64,000 nucleotides of DNA from an uncultured Erysipelotrichaceae bacterium (lineage in GTDB: Bacteria; Bacillota_I; Bacilli_A; Erysipelotrichales; Coprobacillaceae): NCBI GenBank assembly GCA_947074115.1, contig CAMTOK010000002.1:21946-85945 (forward strand), written 5' to 3'. The notes under the pieces are model-generated. The model made no database searches. It saw nothing but the letters and a program-made list of their open reading frames with translations, and was not told where the DNA came from. Made by a program: the position numbers and the translations under genes. Below, piece by piece: positions 1-8,850 of the stretch (positions are counted from its first letter, which is position 1; every line of letters begins with the position of its first letter).

Positions 1-1287
1 CAAACAGCGATTAAATTAACAAAAGCATTAATGGAAATGGGAGTTAAAATCTTAGGAACATCTGCTGATGACGTAGATGCTGCTGAAGACAGAGAAAGAT
101 TTGATGAAATCTTAGAAAAATGTGATATTGATAGACCAAAAGGATCAACAATCTTTACAACTGAAGAAGCTATTGAAGTTGCAAATAGATTAGGTTACCC
201 AGTACTTGTAAGACCATCTTATGTATTAGGTGGTGCTGGAATGGAAATCGCATTAAATGATGGTGATATTAAAAAGTTTATGAAAATCATTCATAAACAA
301 TATCAAGAACATCCAATCTTAGTTGATAAATACTTACAAGGTAAAGAAGTTGAAGTTGATGCAATCTGTGATCAAAATGGTGTATTAATTCCTGGAATCA
401 TGGAACACGTTGAACGCGCTGGTGTTCATAGTGGAGATAGTATCTCTGTTTATCCAACTCAAAAAATCAAACAAGAGGTTAAAGATGTTATTGTAGATTA
501 CACACAACGTCTTGCTAAAGCATTAAACGTTATTGGATTAATTAACATCCAATTTATCGTATACGAAGATCAAGTTTACGTTATTGAAGTCAACCCACGT
601 TCTTCACGTACAATTCCATATATCTCAAAAGTAACTGATATCCCAGTTGTAGATGTTGCGACTCGTGTTATCATGGGTAAAACAATAGCTGATCAAGGAT
701 ATAACTATGGTCTTGCACCTGAAAAAGAAACAATTGCTATTAAAATGCCAGTGTTCTCATTCGAGAAAATTAAGGGTGCAGAAATTAGCTTAGGGCCTGA
801 AATGAAATCAACAGGAGAAGTTTTAGGAATTTCAACTGATTATGATGAGGCAATCTATAAAGCATTTATCGGAACTGGTATTAACTTACCAAAACGTAAA
901 AATATTATCTGTTCTATTAAAGAAAGTGCAAAAGAAGAATTCTTACCAATCGCAAAACAATACTATATGTTTGGATACGATCTATACGCAACTGAAGGAA
1001 CTTATAATTTCTTAAAGAAACATGATGTTCCAGTTCATTTAGTTAATCGTATTGGAGCCAAATCAAATACATTATTTGATTTAATGTTAACTGATACAGT
1101 TGATTTAATTATCGATATTCCAACAAGAAACAATAACTTAAAAGATGGTTTCTTAATTAGAAGATTTGCTGTTGAAGCAGGAATACCTATCTATACATCA
1201 TTAGATACGGCTCATGCATTAGTCAACTGCTTAGAAAAAAGACATAATGGAGATATTACATTAGTCGATATAACAAAACTAAAATAA
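1..1287 (+). CDS. carB: Carbamoyl-phosphate synthase large subunit, C-terminal ~428 aa (5' end outside window)
   Basis: Frame 1 is open from base 1 (QTAIKLTKAL precedes the first Met). Second ATP-grasp motifs GYPVLVRPSYVLGGAGMEIA and EVNPRSSRT are followed by an MGS-like tail. TAA at 1285-1287. Confidence 0.92.
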   Translation, partial: QTAIKLTKALMEMGVKILGTSADDVDAAEDRERFDEILEKCDIDRPKGSTIFTTEEAIEVANRLGYPVLVRPSYVLGGAGMEIALNDGDIKKFMKIIHKQYQEHPILVDKYLQGKEVEVDAICDQNGVLIPGIMEHVERAGVHSGDSISVYPTQKIKQEVKDVIVDYTQRLAKALNVIGLINIQFIVYEDQVYVIEVNPRSSRTIPYISKVTDIPVVDVATRVIMGKTIADQGYNYGLAPEKETIAIKMPVFSFEKIKGAEISLGPEMKSTGEVLGISTDYDEAIYKAFIGTGINLPKRKNIICSIKESAKEEFLPIAKQYYMFGYDLYATEGTYNFLKKHDVPVHLVNRIGAKSNTLFDLMLTDTVDLIIDIPTRNNNLKDGFLIRRFAVEAGIPIYTSLDTAHALVNCLEKRHNGDITLVDITKLK

Positions 1288-1311
1288 GACTGGCTATGCC
1301 AGTCTTATTTT
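1286..1311 (+). terminator. Rho-independent terminator of carB
   Basis: AAGACTGGC-tat-GCCAGTCTT stem followed by ATTTT. Confidence 0.8.
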
Positions 1312-1549
1312 AGCTTACAAAAACAACCTAGCGCCATTTCGATTTCTACATATCAGATTAGAAGAGAATCTAACATTAGAATATGATGAATAAGAGATAA
1401 AAAGGGAGTAGGAACGTTAGAAGGTGCTATATGACAGAAGTCGAATTATGTTGAACAGTGACGCTATACGATATCATATGTGTGCAATGATTAAATATGT
1501 ATAAGAAATTTTAAGCATAAATTTACAGTAATTACTGCATGTATATATC

Positions 1550-1577
1550 TTGAAAATTTTTTATGAATGATTATAAT
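1550..1577 (+). promoter_or_regulatory. Sigma-A type promoter for the 1619 gene
   Basis: TTGAAA (1550-1555), 16-nt spacer, TATAAT (1572-1577), about 40 nt before the start codon. Confidence 0.6.
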
Positions 1578-1618
1578 ATCCTTTGTTATGAATAACCAAA
1601 TACGAAAGGTGTGTTTAA

Positions 1619-1972
1619 ATGAAAATTCATTCAACTATAAAAGAAAATAAAGAACTATATCAATCTTATTTTGATGCTTCACTTACTGATTATATTATGA
1701 CTTTAGTTAAATTCTACGGTATTTGTATATTGTCATTTGGTTTAGCTTATCCTTATGCATTGTGTATGAAACATGAACATACATGTCACCATACTGTTAT
1801 TAAAGGTCAAAGACAAAAATTTATTGGACAACCTGGGGATCTTATCGTCAATTGGTTATGGTGGTGGTTCTTATCGGTTATCACATTTGGAATTTATGGA
1901 TTTATTGCCCATTTAAGAATGGAAAGATGGGTTATTGCGAATACAATACATGCTGAAAGCTTACCTGAGTAA
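1619..1972 (+). CDS. Small two-TM membrane protein, DUF898/YjgN-like single repeat
   Basis: 117 aa with two hydrophobic helices (FYGICILSFGLAYPYAL; LWWWFLSVITFGIYGFIA) flanking a short basic loop. RBS AAAGGTG. Family assignment by pattern only. Confidence 0.5.
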   Translation: MKIHSTIKENKELYQSYFDASLTDYIMTLVKFYGICILSFGLAYPYALCMKHEHTCHHTVIKGQRQKFIGQPGDLIVNWLWWWFLSVITFGIYGFIAHLRMERWVIANTIHAESLPE

Positions 1973-1982
1973 GCTTTTTTTT
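1957..1982 (+). terminator. Rho-independent terminator overlapping the stop codon of the 1619 gene
   Basis: AAGCTTAC-ctga-GTAAGCTT followed by TTTTTT. Confidence 0.8.
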
Positions 1983-2044
1983 CTAAAATATAGTGAATAA
2001 AATAAGACTCTGATATATAATACTTCTAAAAGGAGGATTTTATA

Positions 2045-2602
2045 ATGGGTGATTATGGTATTTATATTATTATTGCAATTGTTGTATTACTCGTTTTATA
2101 TGTTATGTCAACATACAATGGACTCGTTACTTTAAAAAACAAGGTAAAGAAATGTTGGTCTCAAATTGATGTTGTATTAAAAAGAAGAGCGGATCTTATT
2201 CCTAACTTAGTTGAAACGGTAAAGGGGTATGCAAGTCATGAAAAGGATACATTAGATGCGGTTATTAAAGCACGTAATACTTACGTAAACAGTTCAACAA
2301 CTGATCAAGAAATTGCTGCATCAGGTGAACTAACAAAAGCATTAAGTCGTTTAATGATGTTATCTGAAGCGTATCCTGATTTAAAAGCGAATACGAATTT
2401 TATGGATTTACAAAAGCAATTGGCTGATACAGAAGAAAAGATTGCTTATTCAAGACAGTTTTATAATGACGCTGTAAATCAATACATGAATAAAAAAGAA
2501 ATGTTTCCTTCAAATATCATTGCAGGTATGTTTAATTTTGAAACATTCAATTTCTTTGAAGTTGAAGAAGCAGATCGTATTGTCCCTCAGGTGAAATTCT
2601 AA
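2045..2602 (+). CDS. lemA: LemA family membrane protein
   Basis: N-terminal TM helix, then YNGLVTLKNKV..W.QIDVVLKRRADLIPNLVETVKGYASHE and YPDLKAN..F..LQ..L...E..I...R..YND, typical of LemA. RBS AAGGAGGA. Confidence 0.88.
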   Translation: MGDYGIYIIIAIVVLLVLYVMSTYNGLVTLKNKVKKCWSQIDVVLKRRADLIPNLVETVKGYASHEKDTLDAVIKARNTYVNSSTTDQEIAASGELTKALSRLMMLSEAYPDLKANTNFMDLQKQLADTEEKIAYSRQFYNDAVNQYMNKKEMFPSNIIAGMFNFETFNFFEVEEADRIVPQVKF

Positions 2603-4371
2603 TGAAAAAATTACTTGGCCTTATTTTAGGTCTAGGTATTATTTTTGGTATGTTGACGCCAGTCGTTGCTGCGTCAACATATATAAATGAAATTTCAATT
2701 GATGTATTTGTAGAAGATGATGGAAGTGCGACTTTCAAAGAAACTTGGGATATGTCAGTTTATGAAGGAACTGAAGTTTATAAGGTTTTTAATAACATGT
2801 CAAATCGCCAATTAACGCTATTAAGTGTGACTGATGATTTCGGTAACACGTATAAAAATAGAGGCGCATGGGATGTTAATTTGAGTTTTTCTCAAAAGAA
2901 AAATACGAGTGGTCTTGTTGACACTGGTGATGGTTATGAATTGTGTTTTGGTATTGGTGAATATGGGGATCGTGTTTATACATTCGAGTATAAGATTGAT
3001 CGTTTCATAGAACAGTATGTAGAAGGAACACAGGGTATTAATTATGCATTTATGTCTGATATGGGTTTGAGTATTAATAAAATCAATGTAAACTTATCTT
3101 CTAATTATGAATTTACAAATGAGAATTCTAGAATATGGGGATATGGTTATGAAGGTTTATGTGAGTACAATGAAGGCTCTATTAAGATGACATCAACTGG
3201 TGCTGTGAGTAAAGTTCAACTTTTACTGGAGGCACAAACTGACTTTTTTACAAACCCACTGATCGTATCACAAAGTTTTAATGATATAGAAACAGATGCA
3301 AATAAAGAGTCAGATTATTATGACAGTTATCATTCCTATGATGATTACTACTATGAGGAAGATGGCTTCACAGATACAGTTTTCTTTATGATTATGGGAA
3401 TGATGTTCTTTGGATTTGTTACGATGATTATAGGGATTGCATCCAAAAAAGGATCGTTAGCTTCACAAAGTAAAATGGTATATGACGATGGTATTGAATA
3501 TAGTAAGGCGAATGTTATGCCATATCATTTTATTCCTTGTGAGAAGAATCTGTTGTTATTCTATTATCTTGCTAAGAGAAACAATATTATTACTGAACAA
3601 AATAAATCAGGAATCATTGCTGCATATTTATTAAAATGGATCCGTCATGACCAAATTAAATTTGTTAATGAAGGCAAAAAAGGTTTGGTTTTTAAAAAAG
3701 AATCATATTATATGGATTTAGGTAATGATCTACAAGGTGAAAATCCTATAGAATCTCAATTGATGAAATTCATGTTGCAAGCAGCAAGAAGAAATGGAAA
3801 TAGCTTATTAGAAAAGAATGAGTTTGAAAAATGGTGTTCTTCACAATATACACAAATAGAAGAATGGTTTAAAAGTATTGATCGTTATGTAGAGGGCGAA
3901 TTAAAATCACAAGGTTTGATGAAATTAACCTTTACACAAGAAAAAACAATGTTTGGATCAAGAAAAGTGACTAACACAACTTATTCACATATTCTAAGGG
4001 AAGAACTTGAAAAGATTCAAGGATTAAAAGAATTCTTAGAAGATATGGATAATATGAAAGAAAAAGAAGTCATGGATGTAAAACTGTGGGATGAGTATTT
4101 AATGTTTGCTAGTATTTTAGGTATTGCAGATAAAGTTGAAAAACAATTAAATGTGATCTACCCTCACGTTGATACAACAACCCAAGTGGGTTACCCATCA
4201 ATGATGGATATGATTATTATTTCTCAATTTTCACGTAATATGGCACACGCCTCTATGATGAGTGCATCTTCAGCTGCACAAGCAACATCATTCAGTGGTG
4301 GTGGCGGTATGAGTTCCTTTGGCGGAGGTGGCGGAGGCTTCTCTGGTGGAGGAGGAGGTGGAGTCCGATAA
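2602..4371 (+). CDS. DUF2207-type membrane protein with Gly-rich C-terminal tail
   Basis: Signal peptide, extracytoplasmic N-domain, central TM (FFMIMGMMFFGFVTMIIGIA), cytoplasmic domain and a GGGG-rich tail. The start ATG overlaps the lemA TAA (TAATG). LemA + DUF2207 is a recurrent pairing. Confidence 0.7.
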   Translation: MKKLLGLILGLGIIFGMLTPVVAASTYINEISIDVFVEDDGSATFKETWDMSVYEGTEVYKVFNNMSNRQLTLLSVTDDFGNTYKNRGAWDVNLSFSQKKNTSGLVDTGDGYELCFGIGEYGDRVYTFEYKIDRFIEQYVEGTQGINYAFMSDMGLSINKINVNLSSNYEFTNENSRIWGYGYEGLCEYNEGSIKMTSTGAVSKVQLLLEAQTDFFTNPLIVSQSFNDIETDANKESDYYDSYHSYDDYYYEEDGFTDTVFFMIMGMMFFGFVTMIIGIASKKGSLASQSKMVYDDGIEYSKANVMPYHFIPCEKNLLLFYYLAKRNNIITEQNKSGIIAAYLLKWIRHDQIKFVNEGKKGLVFKKESYYMDLGNDLQGENPIESQLMKFMLQAARRNGNSLLEKNEFEKWCSSQYTQIEEWFKSIDRYVEGELKSQGLMKLTFTQEKTMFGSRKVTNTTYSHILREELEKIQGLKEFLEDMDNMKEKEVMDVKLWDEYLMFASILGIADKVEKQLNVIYPHVDTTTQVGYPSMMDMIIISQFSRNMAHASMMSASSAAQATSFSGGGGMSSFGGGGGGFSGGGGGGVR

Positions 4372-4455
4372 TTTTGGACTCTGCTTTTCTAAATTGAATA
4401 ATATTTGTATATTTGTTGATACTTCAAAAGAGATGTTTTTTCTCAAGGAGGTACT

Positions 4456-5331
4456 ATGAAAAAATTGTGTTTAGTATTTTTGGCAGCGTTATTAATTATT
4501 GGTTGTCAAAGAAAAGAAGAGGAACCGGTCACTTTAACATTACAAAAACAACATATTATTGTTGGTGTTAATGGAAAGATTGACTATCCATCATATATAT
4601 CAGCGAGTGGTGGAAATTCTGAGAACAGTATTTATTATGAAGAAATAGACACTTCTCAAATTGGTAGACATAGTGTTGTCTATAGTTTAGAAGGTGCAAC
4701 CGACGTTTCTATGAGTGTTGACGTTGTAGAAATGTTTGATAACGGTATTTTTAATCCGACGAGTGTAGAAGCAATTGTAGTAGACAATCCCGATGATGTA
4801 ACGGTATTGATCAATAAGCTATATGCCATACCTTCGGATTATAAACCAGATGATTTAGAGGCTGTTATAGATAACAGTTCATTGACATTAAGAAAAGAAG
4901 CGAATGAAGCATATACTCAGTTATATAATGATGCTTCAAGACAAGGAATAGAATTGTATTCTATTTCAGCATATCGTACATTTGGAACACAGGATACGTA
5001 TTGGAACAATATGGTCAATGTCTTTGGAATAGAGTATGCATCAAAATATAGTGCCTATCCAGGAAGAAGTGAACATCAACTTGGTCTCGCTATTGATGTA
5101 TCGTATAAAACAACAGGCGATCGACTCAATGAGAGTGTTGCAGACAGTGAGATAGGGCAATTTCTAAGAAAAGAAGGATACAAATATGGATTTGTCATAA
5201 GATATCCTGAGAGTAAAGAGGAAATAACGAATTATGGATACGAACCATGGCATATTCGTTATGTGGGCGTTGAGCTTGCAACAAAATTGTACGAAGACAA
5301 TCTCACATTAGAAGAATATTATGGTTTTTAG
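4456..5331 (+). CDS. Lipoprotein, M15B (VanY-type) D-alanyl-D-alanine carboxypeptidase family
   Basis: Lipobox LLIIGC. Zn-peptidase motifs SEHQLGLAIDV and EPWHIRYVG. Confidence 0.85.
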   Translation: MKKLCLVFLAALLIIGCQRKEEEPVTLTLQKQHIIVGVNGKIDYPSYISASGGNSENSIYYEEIDTSQIGRHSVVYSLEGATDVSMSVDVVEMFDNGIFNPTSVEAIVVDNPDDVTVLINKLYAIPSDYKPDDLEAVIDNSSLTLRKEANEAYTQLYNDASRQGIELYSISAYRTFGTQDTYWNNMVNVFGIEYASKYSAYPGRSEHQLGLAIDVSYKTTGDRLNESVADSEIGQFLRKEGYKYGFVIRYPESKEEITNYGYEPWHIRYVGVELATKLYEDNLTLEEYYGF

Positions 5332-5340
5332 GGAGAAAAG

Positions 5341-5838
5341 ATGGAAACAGCAAAATTTTACAAAGTTTCACTAGAACAATTTAGTCAAGCGTTTGGTGAG
5401 TTAACAAAAGAACAAATAGCAGATATGTATGATCACATTCAGTTGCCTAAAAGAGCGACGAAGGGATCTGCAGGATACGACTTTTTTACACCAGTACCGA
5501 TTCATTTAGAACCTGGTCAAAGTGTGAGTATTCCAACTGGAATACGATGTGAGATGAACGAAAGATGGGTATTGTGTATCTATCCAAGAAGTGGATTAGG
5601 ATTCAAATTTAGGTTACAGTTAAATAATACAGTAGGTATTATTGATAGTGATTATTTTTATTCGGATAATGAAGGACATATCTTCATTAAAATAACAAAC
5701 GATACCAACGAAGGGAAAGTTGTTGATATAGACGTTAATCAAGGGTTTGCACAAGGTATATTTATGCAATATGGAATTGTGGAGGACGATGATGTCAATA
5801 CAAAAAGAAACGGTGGGTTTGGAAGTACAAATCAATAA
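5341..5838 (+). CDS. dut: dUTP diphosphatase
   Basis: Motifs GSAGYDF, YPRSGLG, GIIDSDY and C-terminal RNGGFGSTN. Confidence 0.88.
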   Translation: METAKFYKVSLEQFSQAFGELTKEQIADMYDHIQLPKRATKGSAGYDFFTPVPIHLEPGQSVSIPTGIRCEMNERWVLCIYPRSGLGFKFRLQLNNTVGIIDSDYFYSDNEGHIFIKITNDTNEGKVVDIDVNQGFAQGIFMQYGIVEDDDVNTKRNGGFGSTNQ

Positions 5839-6961
5839 AATAATAACAACATTACTTTTGTTATCTTTATTAATAACAGGGTGTTCTAAAAAAACACCAA
5901 CAGGTGAAGATGAAAACAAAACGGGTCAAAAAGCATCTCTTATTGCAGTTGGTGATAATATTATGCATCAATTGTTACTGGATGAAGCAAATGATGGCAA
6001 CGCTTATGATTTTTCTTCGTACTATGGAAACATAGCACAATATATTCAAGGTTACGATCTTGCATGTGTGAATCAGGAAACAATATTAGGAGGAGAATCA
6101 CTTAGATATAGAGGTTACCCTCTGTTTAATACACCGGACCAAATCGCATATGATTTAAAAGATGTAGGTTTTAATGTCTTTTCTGCCGCTACAAATCATT
6201 CCTATGATCTTGGCTTTGCGGCTATACAAAATTCAGTTAAGGTTTTTAAAGAGATAAAAGATGTTTCATATTTAGGTGTTTATGATAACGAAGATGATTA
6301 CAATAGTGTGACAACAGTAACAAAAAATGGACTCACATTTGCATTGTTAAATTACACACAATTAAGTAACCAAACAATTGATGTAACTTATAGTGTTGAT
6401 CGTTTTGATGAAACGAAAATGAAAAGAGACATAGAAAATGCAAAAGAAATCAGTGATTTTATCATTGTATTTGCGCATTGGGGCTTAGAATATGGAAGTG
6501 AAGTGACAGATTTTCAAAAGAAATATGCAACATTCTTCAACGAACAAGGTGTAGATGTTGTGATTGGAGCTCATACACATGTTGTTCAACCTGTTGAGTG
6601 GTTAGAAAGCGATGGACATAAAACACTCGTTGCTTATGGACTAGGAAACTTTGTTCATGGAATGATGGAAGAAGAAACACAGCTAGGAATGATGTTGTCA
6701 TTAGAATTTGAAAAAAATGATGGCGTTAAAAGTATAACAAATACAAAAGTTATTCCTATTGTTAATCATTATAGGATACGTTCATTGGGAGATGCATATG
6801 GGACACGTTATGGATTTACGGCATATCGTTTAAAAGACTATACTGATGATCTTGCTGCACAACATGGTCTTAATGGCTACGAAGGAATAACAATCGATGC
6901 ATCACGTATGCGTACTCGCATAACAAATGTCATTGGAAATTCAATAGATATTGAAATGTAA
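5792..6961 (+). CDS. CapA-family (PGA_cap metallophosphoesterase-like) lipoprotein
   Basis: GGAGGA RBS precedes ATGATG at 5789/5792. Lipobox LLITGC. Motifs LIAVGDNIMH, NQETILGG, ATNHSYDLG, HWGLEY, GAHTHVVQP. The TTG start in the ORF track (5747) is unlikely. Confidence 0.8.
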   Translation: MSIQKETVGLEVQINKIITTLLLLSLLITGCSKKTPTGEDENKTGQKASLIAVGDNIMHQLLLDEANDGNAYDFSSYYGNIAQYIQGYDLACVNQETILGGESLRYRGYPLFNTPDQIAYDLKDVGFNVFSAATNHSYDLGFAAIQNSVKVFKEIKDVSYLGVYDNEDDYNSVTTVTKNGLTFALLNYTQLSNQTIDVTYSVDRFDETKMKRDIENAKEISDFIIVFAHWGLEYGSEVTDFQKKYATFFNEQGVDVVIGAHTHVVQPVEWLESDGHKTLVAYGLGNFVHGMMEEETQLGMMLSLEFEKNDGVKSITNTKVIPIVNHYRIRSLGDAYGTRYGFTAYRLKDYTDDLAAQHGLNGYEGITIDASRMRTRITNVIGNSIDIEM

Positions 6962-6988
6962 CTCTATTTACAAAAATAGAGTTTTTTA
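6960..6988 (+). terminator. Rho-independent terminator
   Basis: AACTCTATTT-acaa-AAATAGAGTT followed by TTTTT. Confidence 0.85.
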
Positions 6989-6993
6989 ATATT

Positions 6994-7026
6994 CACTATT
7001 TAAATAGTGTCGATATATGCTATAAT
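6994..7026 (+). promoter_or_regulatory. Perfect 16-bp palindrome abutting an extended -10 promoter of parAB
   Basis: CACTATTTAAATAGTG (6994-7009) is its own reverse complement. TGcTATAAT lies at 7018-7026. Confidence 0.5.
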
Positions 7027-7099
7027 ATATCTACTTATGTATTGAAAAGAAGAATAGAAAAACAAATGATAGGGATAATAGAGGAAAGGTGGAAACAAA

Positions 7100-7867
7100 A
7101 TGACAAAGATCATTGCAATAACAAATCAAAAAGGTGGAGTAGGGAAAACAACAACGAGTGTGAATTTAAGTTCAGCACTTGCCTATATGGGTCATAAGGT
7201 CTTACTTGTTGATATTGATCCACAAGCAAATGCAACACAAGGATTAGGTGTTGACCGTACAACATTAGAAACGACAATATATGATGCATTAACTAGAAAC
7301 ATTCCATTCTCTGAAATCATTATCGATACAAATGTCCCTGGTTTGAGCATTGTTCCTGCAAATATAGATTTAGCTGGTGTAGAAATTGAATTATCACAAG
7401 TGAAAACAGGTAGAGAACAAAGACTTAAAAAAGCAATGGAAGGCATTAAAGATCGCTTTGATTACATATTAATTGATTGTCCTCCTGCTCTTGGTTTATT
7501 AAATACAAATGCTTTAACAGCCTCTGATTCAGTATTGATTCCAGTACAATGTGAATATTACGCACTTGAAGGACTGACACAATTATTAAATACAATCTTA
7601 TTAACTCAAAGTGTATTTAACGAGAAATTGACAATCGAAGGTGTCCTTCTAACAATGTTAGATTCAAGAACGAACCTAGGTGTAGAAGTTTCTCAGGAAG
7701 TTAGAAAATACTTTAAAGAGAAGGTTTATGATGCGGTTATCCCTAGAAACATTAAACTTTCTGAAGCACCATCTGAAGGATTAAATATTTTTGATTATGA
7801 TGCTCAATCTGAAGGAGCAAAATCATATGCAAGATTAGCGAAAGAAGTGGTGAAACGTAATGGCTAG
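7100..7867 (+). CDS. parA: ParA/Soj chromosome partitioning ATPase
   Basis: Deviant Walker A KGGVGKTT plus the DIDPQANAT and IDCPP motifs. Confidence 0.92.
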   Translation: MTKIIAITNQKGGVGKTTTSVNLSSALAYMGHKVLLVDIDPQANATQGLGVDRTTLETTIYDALTRNIPFSEIIIDTNVPGLSIVPANIDLAGVEIELSQVKTGREQRLKKAMEGIKDRFDYILIDCPPALGLLNTNALTASDSVLIPVQCEYYALEGLTQLLNTILLTQSVFNEKLTIEGVLLTMLDSRTNLGVEVSQEVRKYFKEKVYDAVIPRNIKLSEAPSEGLNIFDYDAQSEGAKSYARLAKEVVKRNG

Positions 7868-8744
7868 TAAAAAGAAATTAGGAAAAGGTTTAGATGCGAT
7901 CTTCAATGATGCATCAATGGGTGGAGATTTACAATCAGTTATCAGTGCAATTGAAAACAAAGCACCTCAATTGACTCAAGTCATGATCCCATTAAAAGAT
8001 ATTAGACCAAATCCATATCAACCAAGACAATATTTCAATGAAGATAAATTAAATGAATTGGCTCAATCAATTCAAGAACATGGAATTTTCCAACCAATCA
8101 TATTAAAAGAATCAGTACATGGTTATGAAATTGTAGCTGGTGAAAGACGTTTTAGAGCATCTCAAATCGTAGGATTAAATGACATCCCAGCTATTATTGT
8201 TGATTTTAGTGATCAACAAATGATGGAGATTGCATTACTAGAAAATATTCAAAGAGAAAATTTAAACGCTATTGAAGAAGCGCAAGCTTATAAATCTTTA
8301 ATGGAAAAATTAAATTTAACTCAAGAAGAACTCTCTAAGCGTATTGGTAAATCTAGAACACATATAGCAAATATTGTTCGTTTATTAAAAATGCCAGAAG
8401 AATTACAAAACTATGTGTTAAAAGGTCAATTGTCTATGGGACACATTAGACCACTAATAACAATTGATCCAGTCAAAGCAGTAGAAATTGCTAAAAAAGC
8501 AATAGAACAAAATCTATCAGTAAGAGAAGTAGAAAATATCGTTAAAGGAATTAAACTTCAAGAAGATAGAAAAGCAAAACCTAAAGAAGAAAAACCTAAA
8601 GAATACATATATGTTGAAGGTTTGTTAAGAAAGAAATATAGAACTAAGATCAAGGTAGATGATCATGCAATTACAATTAAATATACAGATGTAGAGGATT
8701 TAAACAGAATTCTTGAAATGATGGGGGTCATAGAAGAAGAATAG
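7860..8744 (+). CDS. parB: ParB/Spo0J partition protein
   Basis: PNPYQPR box, GERRFRAS arginine patch and an HTH (ELSKRIGKSRTHIANIVRLL). 8-nt overlap with parA. Confidence 0.92.
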   Translation: MASKKKLGKGLDAIFNDASMGGDLQSVISAIENKAPQLTQVMIPLKDIRPNPYQPRQYFNEDKLNELAQSIQEHGIFQPIILKESVHGYEIVAGERRFRASQIVGLNDIPAIIVDFSDQQMMEIALLENIQRENLNAIEEAQAYKSLMEKLNLTQEELSKRIGKSRTHIANIVRLLKMPEELQNYVLKGQLSMGHIRPLITIDPVKAVEIAKKAIEQNLSVREVENIVKGIKLQEDRKAKPKEEKPKEYIYVEGLLRKKYRTKIKVDDHAITIKYTDVEDLNRILEMMGVIEEE

Positions 8745-8772
8745 ACCCTTTTTCTATAAAAAACACTTTATG

Positions 8773-8800
8773 TAGTATTCAATACTATTTAGTATTGACA
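8773..8800 (+). promoter_or_regulatory. TAGTAT/ATACTA/TAGTAT inverted-repeat cluster overlapping a TTGACA -35 box upstream of degV
   Basis: TAGTAT 8773-8778, ATACTA 8782-8787, TAGTAT 8790-8795, TTGACA 8795-8800. Confidence 0.35.
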
Positions 8801-8850
8801 TCAATGTTTTTATTTGGTAGTTTATATATATAACACAAAGGAGATTGTTT

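Noticed and set aside
1431-1454. 7-codon ORF (MTEVELC) with a GAAGGTG RBS in the carB downstream spacer, considered as a leader peptide.
   Set aside because: There is no downstream attenuator structure or regulatory codon run. It cannot be distinguished from chance.
4290-4368. Repetitive GGTGG/GGAGG-rich DNA at the end of the DUF2207 gene, considered as a possible tandem or CRISPR-like repeat.
   Set aside because: It is in frame and encodes the Gly-rich tail typical of DUF2207 proteins. There is no regular repeat-spacer periodicity.
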